NCBI RefSeq assembly: GCF_006345805.1
Contig: NW_021832383.1
Location: 1-64,000, forward strand
Direction of reading: 5' to 3'
Length of the DNA: 64,000 bases
DNA from: Octopus sinensis
Lineage: Eukaryota
Position numbers and translations under genes: made by a program. This document shows positions 39,558-50,267 of the stretch, one piece after another. Positions within the stretch are counted from its first letter, which is position 1; the number at the start of each line of letters is the position of its first letter. The notes below the pieces were generated by a model. That model was given only the letters and a program-made list of their open reading frames with translations. It made no database searches and was not told where the DNA came from.

Positions 39558-39671
39558 ATATGCTTTATTCTAAAGCAGCAGAAATTCAACAAAAAGTGTC
39601 CGACGAACGGGAACGTGAAACTCAGAGTAACAGGTTTTGTTGAATTTCTGCTGCTTTTAAATAAAGTATAT
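39558..39671 (+). ncRNA. Type I hammerhead on a long stem I
   Basis: 23-bp perfect stem 39572-39594/39635-39657, extended by about 12 bp; TGT-CCGACGA-ACG(GGAA)CGT-GAAAC-TCAGA-GTA-ACA; predicted cut at 39629/39630. Confidence 0.8.
39564..39569 (-). terminator. Candidate AATAAA poly(A) signal of the TRF-like gene
   Basis: AATAAA on the minus strand about 270 nt after the stop, lying inside the arm of the HHR-bearing repeat. Confidence 0.3.
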
Positions 39672-39675
39672 ATAT

Positions 39676-39736
<61 letters not shown>

Positions 39737-39841
39737 GCACACATATATACATATATATATATAATCTGTCCTTCCTCCCTCACCAGCTGTTTGAGGAATC
39801 AACCAAGAAAGAAACAATAAAGGCACTCCCCAGCTCCCTAA

Positions 39842-40134
39842 TCACGAGGAAACGGGACCAAACTTAGCACTCAAGGCTTTCATCCTCCCCGTTTGTATGA
39901 AACTCCTCCATTTATCTTTCAGGTTAACGTTGCTCCGCTGTGTGCCCAAATAGTCTCGAATTTCAGCCCATTTACCAACTCCCATGAGCTTCACAGCCTC
40001 ATAGAACTCTTCTTCTTGTTCCTCTGTCCACAATTTTCGGTACATTTTGTCTCCGGATTTTTTCTTTGGCGATGGTCTGTATTTCAAACTTTTTCTCATT
40101 TTTAATGGTTGCAACTGTGGATATCTGTCGTTAA
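39842..40134 (-). CDS. TRF: TRF-like last exon with telobox Myb/SANT domain (KLWTEEQEEEFYEAVKLMGVGKWAEIRDYLGTQRSNVNLKDKWR)
   Basis: Telobox signature W-T-x-E...G-x-G-x-W...R-x2-V-x-LKDKWR; acceptor ttttattcacag phase 1; stop TGA at 39842-39844. Confidence 0.93.
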
Positions 40135-40293
40135 CTGTGAATAAAAAAATAACAAAAGACAATAAACTTTAGTAATACAGAATTGTCTGAGCATAAAACT
40201 GATCGTGAAATAGTATTTCATGGGTTGTCTAGAGCTTCAAATACAAAAGAAAACAATTTATCAAGATTTAACCGTTTAGCATTCAGATTACTT

Positions 40294-40743
40294 CCGTGCC
40301 GGTGGCACATAAAAAGTACCATCCGATCGTGGCCGTTGCCAGCCTTGCCTGGCCTCCGTGCCGGTGGCACGTAAAAAGCACCATCCGACCATGGCCGTTT
40401 GCCAGACTTATCTGGCACCTGTGCAGGTGGCACGTAAAAAGCACCATCCAATCGTGGCCGTTGCCAGCCTCGCCTGGCCTCCGTGCCAGCGGCACGTAAA
40501 AAGCACCATCCGACCGTGGCCGTTTGCCAGACTTGTCTGGCACCTGTGCAGGTGGCACGTAAAAAGCACCCACTACACTCATGGAGTGGTTGGCGTTAGG
40601 AAGGGCATCCAGCCGTAGAAACATTGCCAGATCAGGCTGGGCCTAGTGCAGCCTTCTGGCTTCCCAGACCCCAGTTGCACCGTCCAACCCATGCCAGCAT
40701 GGAAAGCAGACGCTAAACGATGATGATGATGATGATGATGATG
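40294..40743 (+). mobile_element. Family C SINE with five tandem ~62-nt head modules and a (GAT)n tail
   Basis: Units GTGCCGGTGGCACGTAAAAAGCACC repeated five times. Confidence 0.88.
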
Positions 40744-41094
40744 ATTACTCTCTCAAATGTAATCCTTATTTATTCACATTGATTTGAATTAATCCTGCAT
40801 TATCTCGTAGCTCTCAGACTTCAAAAATGTAATTGTTTACTTTTAGAATGACATTGTTGGGTAGGTGTGAGAAGCCAGATCTTGCCAGTTTGAACATAAA
40901 ATGGGTAGGAAATTGTGGGACGGATGATAAAGGGACTTTTTTTTCATTTATTTCTTTATCTGTTTAATAGCTTAGTTGCATCATGTCCGTATCATTACAT
41001 TGTTTCAATATAAATCCAGGAAACCTTAAAGACTTTTAAGTGTTTTTGCATTCAAAATTTTGTGAAATTTAGGTATTTAGGATTTTTTTGAGCG

Positions 41095-41400
41095 AGGTCG
41101 TTGCCAGTGCTGCTGGACTGACTCCTGTGCAGGTGGCACGTAAAAATCACCACTTGAGCATGGCCATTGCCAGTACTGCCTCACTGGTCCTCATGCCAGT
41201 GGCACGTAAAAGCACCCACTACACACTGCGAGTGGTTGGCGTTTAGGAAGGGCATCCAGCTGTAAAAACTCTGCCAGATCAGATTGGAATCTGGTGCAGC
41301 CATTTGGTTCGCCAGTCCCCAGTCAAAATCGTCCAACCCATGCTAGCATGGAAAGCGGATGTTAAATGACGATGATGATGACGATGATGATGATGATGAC

Positions 41401-41433
<33 letters not shown>
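41095..41433 (+). mobile_element. Family C SINE (two head modules)
   Basis: Sequence match; (GAT)n tail. Confidence 0.8.
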
Positions 41434-41579
41434 ATGGCCAGTTTAAATCCTAAGGGATCAACATACAGCATAATTCAAATAGTTCTGCCAACACAGAAGG
41501 AAACAAGTATTCATGGCAAGTCATCTGTTACCTTTGCAGAATTGACCTTATTCTGCAGGAAAAACACCTCAATCAGCCG

Positions 41580-41930
41580 GCTTGGTCAATCATATTTCCA
41601 CCCCTTTCATGTCTTGGTTAACCACATTTAGACCTCTTTCATACTTTGGTCTATCACATTTAGACATATAGCATACCTTGGTCTATCATATTCAGACCCT
41701 TTTCATGTCTTGGTTAACCACATTTAGACCTCTTTCATACTTTGGTCTATCACATTTAGACATATAGCATACCTTGGTCTATCATATTCAGACCCTTTTC
41801 ATGTCTTCGTCTGTCACATTCAGCCCTCCTCCATATCTTGATCTATCACATTTAAACTTCTTTTACACCCTGGTCTGTCTCGTTTACGTCTCTCCCATGA
41901 CTTGGTCTGTCAGATTTGCGACTCAACTAT
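41580..41930. repeat. ~96-bp tandem duplication built from TTGGTCTATCACATTTAGAC subrepeats
   Basis: Direct inspection. Confidence 0.75.
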
Positions 41931-42396
41931 TTACCCCTGTAGCAGTTGAAATTGGGACACACATCTTTGTCTTTCCTTGAAAAGTCTGGTGCTCATTACT
42001 CAAAACCAGACAGAATAGAATGAAGAGTGTCGAGTTGTAGAAACCATTCCAGAGCAGACAATGATGCCTGGTGCGGGCCCTGGCCTTACCAGCTCTGGTC
42101 AAACTGTCCCACCCAAGCCAGCATGGAAAATGGACATTAATCGATGATGATGATGAGGAGGAGGATGATAAAATGCTTTCCATATGATTGATCATTGTAT
42201 CGGCCAGACTATGGGATGTTGCTATCTATTGCTGACTACAATGTGCTTCCTCGCATTGTTGCAGCTATCAAATGATGCCGCCCCCAACTGGGTAGGTGGG
42301 CAAACCAATGTTGCCCCTGAATGGATCGCCAGTCTGTCAGAGGGTCACCCATTTACAGCAGAGTGGACTGGGACAACATGAACACAATGCAACACC

Positions 42397-43262
42397 TATT
42401 TCTTCACTACCCACAAGGGGCTAAACACGGAGAAGACAAACAAGGACAGACAAACGGATTAAGTCGATTATATCGACCCCAGTGCGTAACTGGTACTTAT
42501 TTAATCGACCCTGAAAGGATGAAAGGCAAAGTCGACCTCGGCGGAATTTGAACTCAGAACGCAGCAGCAGACGAAACACTGCTAAGCATTTCGCCTGGCG
42601 TGCTCACGATTCTGCCAGCTCGCTGCCTGTCTGGGAATTGAAACCATGACCTTGCAATCTTGAGGGCAGCACCCTAACATTATCATTAAAAGGCGGCAAG
42701 TTGGCAGAAATGTTAGCACGCTGGGCAAAATGCTTAGCGGTATTTCATCTGCTGTTACGTTCTGAGTTCAAATTCCGCCGAGGCCAACTTTGCCTTTTAT
42801 CCTTTCAGGGTCGATAAATTAAGTACCAGTTACACACTGGGGTCGATGTAATCGACTTAATCCCTTTGTCTGTCCTTGTTTGTCCCCTCTGTGTTTAGCC
42901 CCTTGTGGGTAGTAAAGAAATAGGTATTTCGTCTGCTGTTACGTTCTGAGTTCAAATTCCGCCAAGGTCAACTTTGCCTTTCATCCTTTCGGGGTCAATA
43001 AATTAAGTACCAGTTATGCACTGGGGTTGATGTTATCAACTTAAACCCTTTGTCTGCCCTTGTTTGTCCCCTCTGTGTTTAGCCCCTTGTGGGTAGTAAA
43101 GAAATAGGTTCCGCCAAGGTCAACTTTGCCTTTTATCCTTTCAGGGTCGATAAATTAAGTACCAGTTACACACTGGGGTCGATGTAATCGACTTAATCCC
43201 TTTGTCTGTCCTTGTTTGTCCCCTCTATGTTTAGCCCATTGTGGGCAATAAAGAAATGAAGA
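42397..43262. mobile_element. Head-to-head family B SINEs: minus 42397-42628; plus 42690-43262 with three reiterated 3' parts
   Basis: Sequence match; junctions GAAATAGGTATTTCGTCTG and GAAATAGGTTCCGCC. Confidence 0.85.
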
Positions 43263-43309
43263 AATAATTATGATTAATAAGGAAAGGAAATTAAACTTAA
43301 ATCGCATAC

Positions 43310-43347
43310 CTGGAGACACCAGATCCTGGAGCGTCTTCTGAATATTT
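43310..43347 (-). CDS. TRF: TRF-like exon 10 (NIQKTLQDLVSP)
   Basis: Acceptor tgtgtatttgcag, donor CAG|GTATGC, 38 nt phase 2->1, in frame with the last exon. Confidence 0.65.
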
Positions 43348-43449
43348 CTGCAAATACACAAAGACAGAGAAAAATAACATCTCACACCAATAACAAAACA
43401 ATTTACCAAAAATTTCCAAAACTTCGAAACAAAGAACAAAGCGTTATAC

Positions 43450-43510
43450 TTAATCTTAGGATTTGGTATTGCTGGAGTCTTTGAATGTTGTTTGGGTGGG
43501 GCAGCAGCAT
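43450..43510 (-). CDS. TRF: TRF-like exon 9 (DAAAPPKQHSKTPAIPNPKIK)
   Basis: Acceptor ttctatttgtag, donor AA|GTATAA, 61 nt phase 1->2. Confidence 0.6.
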
Positions 43511-43707
43511 CTACAAATAGAAAGTGGGAGACAGCAAACGTTTTGATAATGATGATGATGATGATGATGGGTAATAATGATGAAGATGATGGTGATGATG
43601 ATGGTGATGATGGTGATGATGAAGATGAAGATGATGTGACAGCTGAAATGGCAAAAAACAACTCTTACTTTCTAGCATTGAGTTTGGTTTTCATCTTCTT
43701 GTCTGGA

Positions 43708-44075
43708 CCTGTACATACGCACACACCTGTACACACACACACACCCGTACACATGCACACACCCGTACACACACACCCATAAACACCCGTACACACACAC
43801 ACCTGTACACACAGACACACCGGTACACATGCACACACCCGTACACATGCACACACACCTGTACACACGCACATCCGTACACACGCACACACACACCTGT
43901 ACACACACACACCCTACACCCACACCTGTACACACACACACCTGTACACACACACACCCGTACACATGCACGCACACACCCATACACACGCACACACCCG
44001 TACACACGCACACACCTGTACACACACCTGTACACACACACCCGTGCACACGCACACACCTGTACACACACACAC
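43708..44075. repeat. CA-rich minisatellite (CACACC(T/C)GTACA)n
   Basis: Direct inspection. Confidence 0.85.
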
Positions 44076-44298
44076 ACCATCATCATCATCATTAGACATC
44101 TGTTTTCCATACTGGCATGAATTAGACAATTTGACTGGGATTGGTAACCAGAGAGCAGCACCAGGTTCCACTCCGATTTTGGCATGGTTTCTATGGCTAG
44201 ATGCCCTTCCTCACGCCAACCACTCTGAGAGTGCAATGGGTGCCTTTTACATGCCAGACACAGACACACATACACATATACTCATGCATATAAAGGCC

Positions 44299-44333
<35 letters not shown>

Positions 44334-44457
44334 ATAGCCAGTTGTTAGTGAGTGAATACAGGTGTACATATGTAAACACAGGTGAATGCAGGTAAATTGC
44401 AAAAGCATATATTTGATTACAAATAAACATGAATACAGATAATTAAGAGATAGATAC

Positions 44458-44518
44458 CTGGATGAATGAATGTATTTTCTTCAAAATTTTGTATATTTTT
44501 AAAATATTCTTCTCTACC
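44458..44518 (-). CDS. TRF: TRF-like exon 8 (GREEYFKNIQNFEENTFIHP)
   Basis: Acceptor tttctttttttcag, donor CAG|GTATCT, 61 nt phase 0->1. Confidence 0.7.
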
Positions 44519-44734
44519 CTGAAAAAAAGAAATGAAGAAATTCTAAATTGTTTAAATGTGTTGACACGGGGACACACACACACACACACACACAGATATA
44601 GGTAGCCTTGTGAGTGGATTTGGTAGATGGAAACTAAAAGAAGCTCCATGTGATGAATTGTAGTGAAAAATATATAAAAACGCAAAATGTACAAAAATTT
44701 TATGTTGGACAAAATACATATATATATATATATA

Positions 44735-45264
44735 TATTTATATTATTTTGAGGGTACTACTATTCATAGACACCGCACGCTAAGAGGGACCAATGCGGTC
44801 AAAACTACTAAAATAAACAAAATTTTACCGAATGCAAAACTTCAAAGCAAGTCATTTAAAAAAAGAATTTAGTTACATATCACCTGTGATTTCGCAATTA
44901 ATGCAGAATATGCATTCTATGTTCATCAGTGCAACAAACTCAAGACATATAAGAAAAAACATAACGTTACAAACCCGATAGCCAACCGTAGAATTCGTCG
45001 TAGCATTGTACGAATGTTTATCTTTACATATCTATGAAAATGGCGGGCTTATTCGCAATGCATTTCGGTAACAAATTGCTTACTCGGAACAAAAATTCAG
45101 TATTGAACTATTCCGGTTAAAATATAAATTTACAATTGAGGATAAAATCTTTATAAGAAATTATCAGTAGTTAGCATGAAAAACCTTGTAAGAGGAAAAA
45201 ATCCGTAAATTTTTCCACTTTGAAAATATTTATTTATATTATATTGAGGGTACTACTATTCATA
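44735..45264 (-). mobile_element. 462-bp HHR-bearing insert flanked by 34-bp direct repeats
   Basis: TATTTATATTAT(T/A)TTGAGGGTACTACTATTCATA at 44735-44768 and 45231-45264. Confidence 0.7.
44865..44941 (-). ncRNA. Near-intact type I hammerhead in a TRF intron, sense strand
   Basis: GTTGCA-CTGATGA-ACA..AATGCA(TATTC)TGCATT..TGC-GAAA-TCAC(AG)GTGA-TA-TGTAAC; AUA site, predicted cut at 44878/44877; the main core defect is an A.C mismatch at 10.1-11.1. Confidence 0.8.
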
Positions 45265-45661
45265 TATAAAATAAAATACAAAATGGGACAAGAACGCAAA
45301 ACATCCGGACAATTATGTGATACAAGAGGGGACAACAAAACATCCAGGTAGACGATACAAAAAAACAAGGCCAAGTAATTTGAAGCCTTTTATCTTCAGT
45401 CAAGAACCAGATCATCCTCGCAATTTTGGCTGACCAATCTTGAGATTGCTCCAATCTGGCCAGCCCCAAGGAAAAACTAAGCTATGAGCATTAGATTCCT
45501 TGGAGAAAAGCATCGAATGTATACGAAACAAGGACAGAAAAACAGACGATGTTACACGAATATAAATACAAAAATAATACAAATAAAACAATAATAATAA
45601 TAATAACAGGACATAACAACAGGCATCTTTTGACTATATATATATACACATACATATATAT

Positions 45662-45962
45662 TCTTTTATTCTTTAACTTGTTTCAGTCATTTGGCTGCAG
45701 TCATGCTGGAACACTGCTTTGAAGGGTTTTAGTTGAACAAATCAGCCCCAGAACTTATTTTTGTAAGCTTAGTACTTATTCCATCAGTCTCTTTTGCTGA
45801 ACCACTAAGTTACAGAGACAAACACACCAACACCAGTTGTCAAGCAGTGATGGGGGACAAACACACACATACAGATACAGATATATATACATATATGACA
45901 GGCTTCTTTCAGTTTCTATCTACCAAATCCACTCACAAGGCTTTGGTTGGCCCAAGGTCATA
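45662..45962 (-). mobile_element. Family A SINE, 5'-truncated
   Basis: Sequence match to other copies. Confidence 0.75.
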
Positions 45963-46264
45963 GTAAAAGACACAGTCGACTGGTTTCTCTTGTGCTAACC
46001 ATGACTAAGAAGTTAGTGATAATGTTACTATTTCAGGCTATCATCAGAAGTTTTCATTCCATGTTAGTAGGAGGAAGAGTATACTGTTCCTGTGTCTTGA
46101 CATGGCATGATATTTACAGACAAGTGTCACAGCTACACAAGTGATGTCCTTCATTTCCAATCATCTGTAGAAGCATATCTGATGATGGTAAAATGTTACC
46201 TTGCTTGGAAATAGGTGAGGGTTAATGACAGGAAGGGCATCTGGCTGTAGAAAATCCACCTCGA

Positions 46265-46505
46265 CAAATTCTGGCAAGGTTTCTACAGCTGGATGCCCTT
46301 CCTAATGCCAACCACTCCGAGAATGCAGTAGGTGCTTTTACGTGCCACTGGCACAGGAGCAAGTCAGGTGGGCCTGGCATTGATCATGTTCGGATAATGC
46401 TTTTTACGTGCCACTGGCACAGGGGCCAGTCAGGGTCCACTGACAGCGGCTACGTTTGGTTGGTGCTTTTTATGTGCCACTGGCACGAGAGCCAGTCAGT
46501 GGGTA
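46265..46505 (-). mobile_element. Family C SINE, diverged, about three head modules
   Basis: TTTTACGTGCCACTGGCAC repeats. Confidence 0.7.
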
Positions 46506-46547
46506 GTGGCATCATGAGAAGAAATGAAAATATTTGAAGTCATTTAC

Positions 46548-46676
46548 CTTTTTCCAGATGTTTCGAAGTTTTTCTTTGTAATGTCTGTCGTCCTCGTCTT
46601 TTAGATACAACGAAGGTGACAAGGTGTCTTTATGCAACAGTTTTGATGCTATGGTTTGAGTAATTCTGGAGAAAGC
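46548..46676 (-). CDS. TRF: TRF-like exon 7 (AFSRITQTIASKLLHK...KEKLRNIWKK), linker region
   Basis: Acceptor gcttatttcag, donor AAG|GTAAAT, 129 nt, open only in phase 0. Confidence 0.65.
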
Positions 46677-46732
46677 CTGAAATAAGCAGACACAAGTTCA
46701 ACTGAAGTAATTAGAAGGAATGGAATTAATTT

Positions 46733-47137
46733 ATTTCTTTACTACCCACAAGGGGCTAAACATAGACGGGACAAACAAGGACAGACAAAGGGATTAAGTC
46801 GATTATTTCGACCCCCAGTGCGTAACTGGTACTTAATTTATCGACCCCGAGAGGATGAAATGCAAAGTCGACCTCGGTGGAATTTGAACTCGGAATGTAA
46901 AGACAGACGAAATACCTATTTCTTTGCTACCCACAAGGGGCTAAACATAGACGGGACAAACAAGGACAGACAAAGGGATTAAGTCGATTATATCGACCCC
47001 AGTGCGTAACTGGTACTTAATTTATCGACCCCGAGAGGATGAAATGCAAAGTCGACCTCGGCGGAATTTGAACTCGGAACGTAACGACAGACGAAATACG
47101 GCTACGCATTTCGCCCGACGTGCTAACGTTTCTGCCA
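46733..47137 (-). mobile_element. Family B SINE with duplicated 3' part
   Basis: Same reiteration junction. Confidence 0.85.
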
Positions 47138-47180
47138 AGGGATATTCAAGCCAAAAATAGAAGGACGGGATGGAGGATAC

Positions 47181-47199
47181 ACGTAGAGGAGAACAGTGA
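47181..47199 (-). CDS. TRF: Candidate 19-nt microexon (exon 6, S-HCSPLR) of the TRF-like gene
   Basis: Long polypyrimidine tract tgtttttctttttctctctttccaaag, donor CGT|GTATCC; supplies the required phase 2->0 link. An alternative candidate lies at 47466-47505. Confidence 0.3.
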
Positions 47200-48231
47200 C
47201 TTTGGAAAGAGAGAAAAAGAAAAACACTGATGTTAAAAAATGTGTTCCAATAGTATACTTGTCTAACCCATTCTAGCATGGAAAAACAGAATTAAAAACA
47301 ACCTTTGTTGTCTTACGAAAGAAACAAAGCATTGGCAATGTAGTCCAATGAAAAAGCTGGAATGGTCATGGATGGATCGTCTTGATCAGGGCTGACCCTG
47401 GGCTAAATAACTACTGTGGTTATCGTTTATATCACCCAACGTGGATAAAACTCTAAAAGTGACACCTTTGTTGTCACATATAAAACTTTCATATTCTTAA
47501 GGTCGCTGCGTTTAGCATACAAAAGGCGTTCTAGCCATGACCACCTCCTGCTTTCTTTCACACTTAATGCATTTAGAACTACATTATCTTAATGTGCCCT
47601 TGCTTTTATTTTTTAAGACAGATGGCTGTGACTTTGCAGGTGATTTGACTGCTGTTTTTAATAAGTTGTGTCTCCCTTGCTGGACCGTTCATATTCATGT
47701 AGTGTGTCATGGTTGCCTACTTCAAAAAAAAAACACTCTCCGGAGTGAAGCACAAAGGAAATGAAATAGCACCACTAGGTATCGAACGCACACAGCAACA
47801 GATTCGGTCGGACGGTGTTCCTCTCATAAACAACTCCAGTAATTTAACGGTGTGTGTAAGGGCAATAACTCTCACTGTTAACTACAAAAGTTAACTTTTC
47901 CTGTTCACATCTAACGAGTATTTTTTTAAGGTTTTGGGTGGGTTTTCCTTCTTAATCTTCAAAGCTCGATCTATATCACAAAGCTATGAATATTTGGGGG
48001 GAATAACATAAGGAATCTAATCATAGAATCGATCTTCCATAGAATGAACGGCGAAGATAAACACGCCAGAATTTCAATTAGGAATTTGGGTAGGCTTAAC
48101 TACACACACCTGGCTGCATGGTAAAGAAGCTTGCTTTGTAACAACAAGGTCTCAAGTTCAGTCCCATTGCACGGCACATCGGGCAAGTATCTTCTACAAT
48201 ACCTTGTGAGTGAATTTGCTAGACGCTTCAG

Positions 48232-48563
48232 CCTCGCCTGGCCCCCGTGCCGGTGGCACGTAAAAGCACCATCCGAATGTGGCCGTTGCCAGCCTCGCCT
48301 GGTCCCCGTGCCGGTGGCACATAAAAAGCACCATCCGTCCGTGGCCGTTTGCCAGCTCCATCTGGCACTTGTGTGGGTGGCACGTAAAAAGCACCCACTA
48401 CACTGACGGAGTGGTTGGCGTTAGGAAGGGCATCCAGCCATAGAAACACTGCCAGATCAGACTGGGCCTGATGCAGCCTTCTGGCTTCACAGACCCCAGT
48501 TGAACTGTCCAACCCATGCTAGCATGGAAAGCGGATGCTAAATGACGACGATGATGATGATGA
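48232..48563 (+). mobile_element. Family C SINE (three head modules)
   Basis: Sequence match to other copies. Confidence 0.85.
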
Positions 48564-48953
48564 TATATATATATATATATATATATACAGATAAAGGGTG
48601 AAATATAATTAATTTAATAAAATCAACAAATTTCACCAAGTAGTGTTTCGGTATGGAAAAGGACCATATTCGGTAAAATTATATATAATTATAACAATGA
48701 GGATCGATACAACAGGTTGCTAGACCACATACCAAAAGTATTAGAAATAGCAGCCAGAAGACTGTTATTTCTTTTACTACAAAAATATGTCCCATATATA
48801 TATATACATCACCACGTATATATATATTAACAATTGTTTTTAAGTTCAATTATAATAAAAACAATTTTGCATTAATCCGATGGGTTACTCAATATTTTTT
48901 TTTAGAGTTCAAGTCTAAAACTAAAATTCTTAAACAAGAATGTTGTTGATAGG

Positions 48954-48988
48954 GACTTCGAAGTTTCTGCCAGCTAAGCCATCGTCAG
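48954..48988 (-). ncRNA. Hammerhead core with palindromic stem III, stem I lost
   Basis: CTGACGA-TGGC(TTAGCT)GGCA-GAAAC-TTCGAA-GTC; ACTTCGAAGT is a perfect palindrome. Confidence 0.55.
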
Positions 48989-48994
48989 ACAGCC

Positions 48995-49048
<54 letters not shown>

Positions 49049-49113
49049 TAGGTACAGGAAGAAATGGTGATAACTATATTACACTTCAAAATGTCACAGA
49101 CGTAACACATATT

Positions 49114-49345
49114 TATTTCTTTACTACCCACAAGGGGCTAAACACAGAGGGGACAAACAAGGACAGACATAGGTATTAAGTCGATTACATCGCTCCCAGT
49201 GCATAACTGGTACTTAATTTATCAACCCCGAAAGGATGAAAGGCAAAGTCGACCTCGACGGAATTTGAACTCAGAACGTAACGGCAGACGAAATACGGCT
49301 ACGCAGTTCGCCCGGCGTGCTAACGTTTCTGCCAGCTTGCCGCCT
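49114..49345 (-). mobile_element. Family B SINE with 15-bp TSD GACGTAACACATATT
   Basis: TSD at 49099-49113 and 49346-49360. Confidence 0.92.
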
Positions 49346-49407
49346 GACGTAACACATATTGATTTCTTCTCCTTTGAATATCAGACAGAAATTTATTTAC
49401 TTCAATA

Positions 49408-49569
49408 TAGGCGCAGGAGTGGCTGTGTGGTAAGTAGCTTACTTACGAACCACATGGTTCCGTGTTCAGTCCCACTGCATGGCACCTTGGGCAAGTGTCT
49501 TCTACTACAGCCTCGGGCCATCCAAAGCCTTGTGAGTGGATTTGATGATGGAAACTGCAAGAACCCATC

Positions 49570-49621
<52 letters not shown>

Positions 49622-49830
49622 TGTGTCTGTGTCTGTGTGTCAGTGTTTCCCCCCCTCCCCCCGCATTGCTTGACAACAGATGCTGGTGTGTTTACATCCT
49701 GTAACTTAGCTGTTCGGCAAAAGAGACCAATAGAATAAGTACTAGGCTTACAAGAATAGTCCTGGGTTCGATTTGCTAGACTAAAGGCGATGCTCCAGCA
49801 TGGCCGCAGTCAAATGACTGAAGCAAGTAA
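49408..49830 (+). mobile_element. Family A SINE
   Basis: Complete two-part structure. Confidence 0.85.
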
Positions 49831-49885
49831 CAGATATATATATATAAAAGAATATATATATAATATGTGTATATATATACATTAT

Positions 49886-49934
<49 letters not shown>

Positions 49935-49937
49935 GTA

Positions 49938-49971
<34 letters not shown>

Positions 49972-50005
49972 ATATATATATATAATATTATATTATATAT
50001 AACTG

Positions 50006-50038
<33 letters not shown>

Positions 50039-50196
50039 ATATAATATATGTATATATATATACACACATACAGAAGAGAGGTGGTTATTTTATTCTAAAA
50101 CCTAAGATTCGAAAACTTTAATACAAGAATTTTCCTGAAGAGAATTGGTTCTCTGCAAAAAAGTAAGAGAGAGAGAGAGTATCCATAGCAACATAC

Positions 50197-50267
50197 CTGA
50201 TTTCCTTTTGGCTGTCAAAGATACCAGAACTGTCTTGCTTCTCCGTTTCTACAGCTTTGCTGGCAGC
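50197..50267 (-). CDS. TRF: TRF-like exon 5 (AASKAVETEKQDSSGIFDSQKEI)
   Basis: Acceptor ctgtatttag, donor AG|GTATGT, 71 nt phase 0->2; continues PFLVQ-AASKA like TRF1 PYLLTMAKKA. Confidence 0.75.

Noticed and set aside
40295-40570. Pistol or twister ribozyme identity of the pseudoknot module
   Set aside because: The P1/pseudoknot topology is superficially pistol-like, but P2, P3 and the catalytic residues are absent
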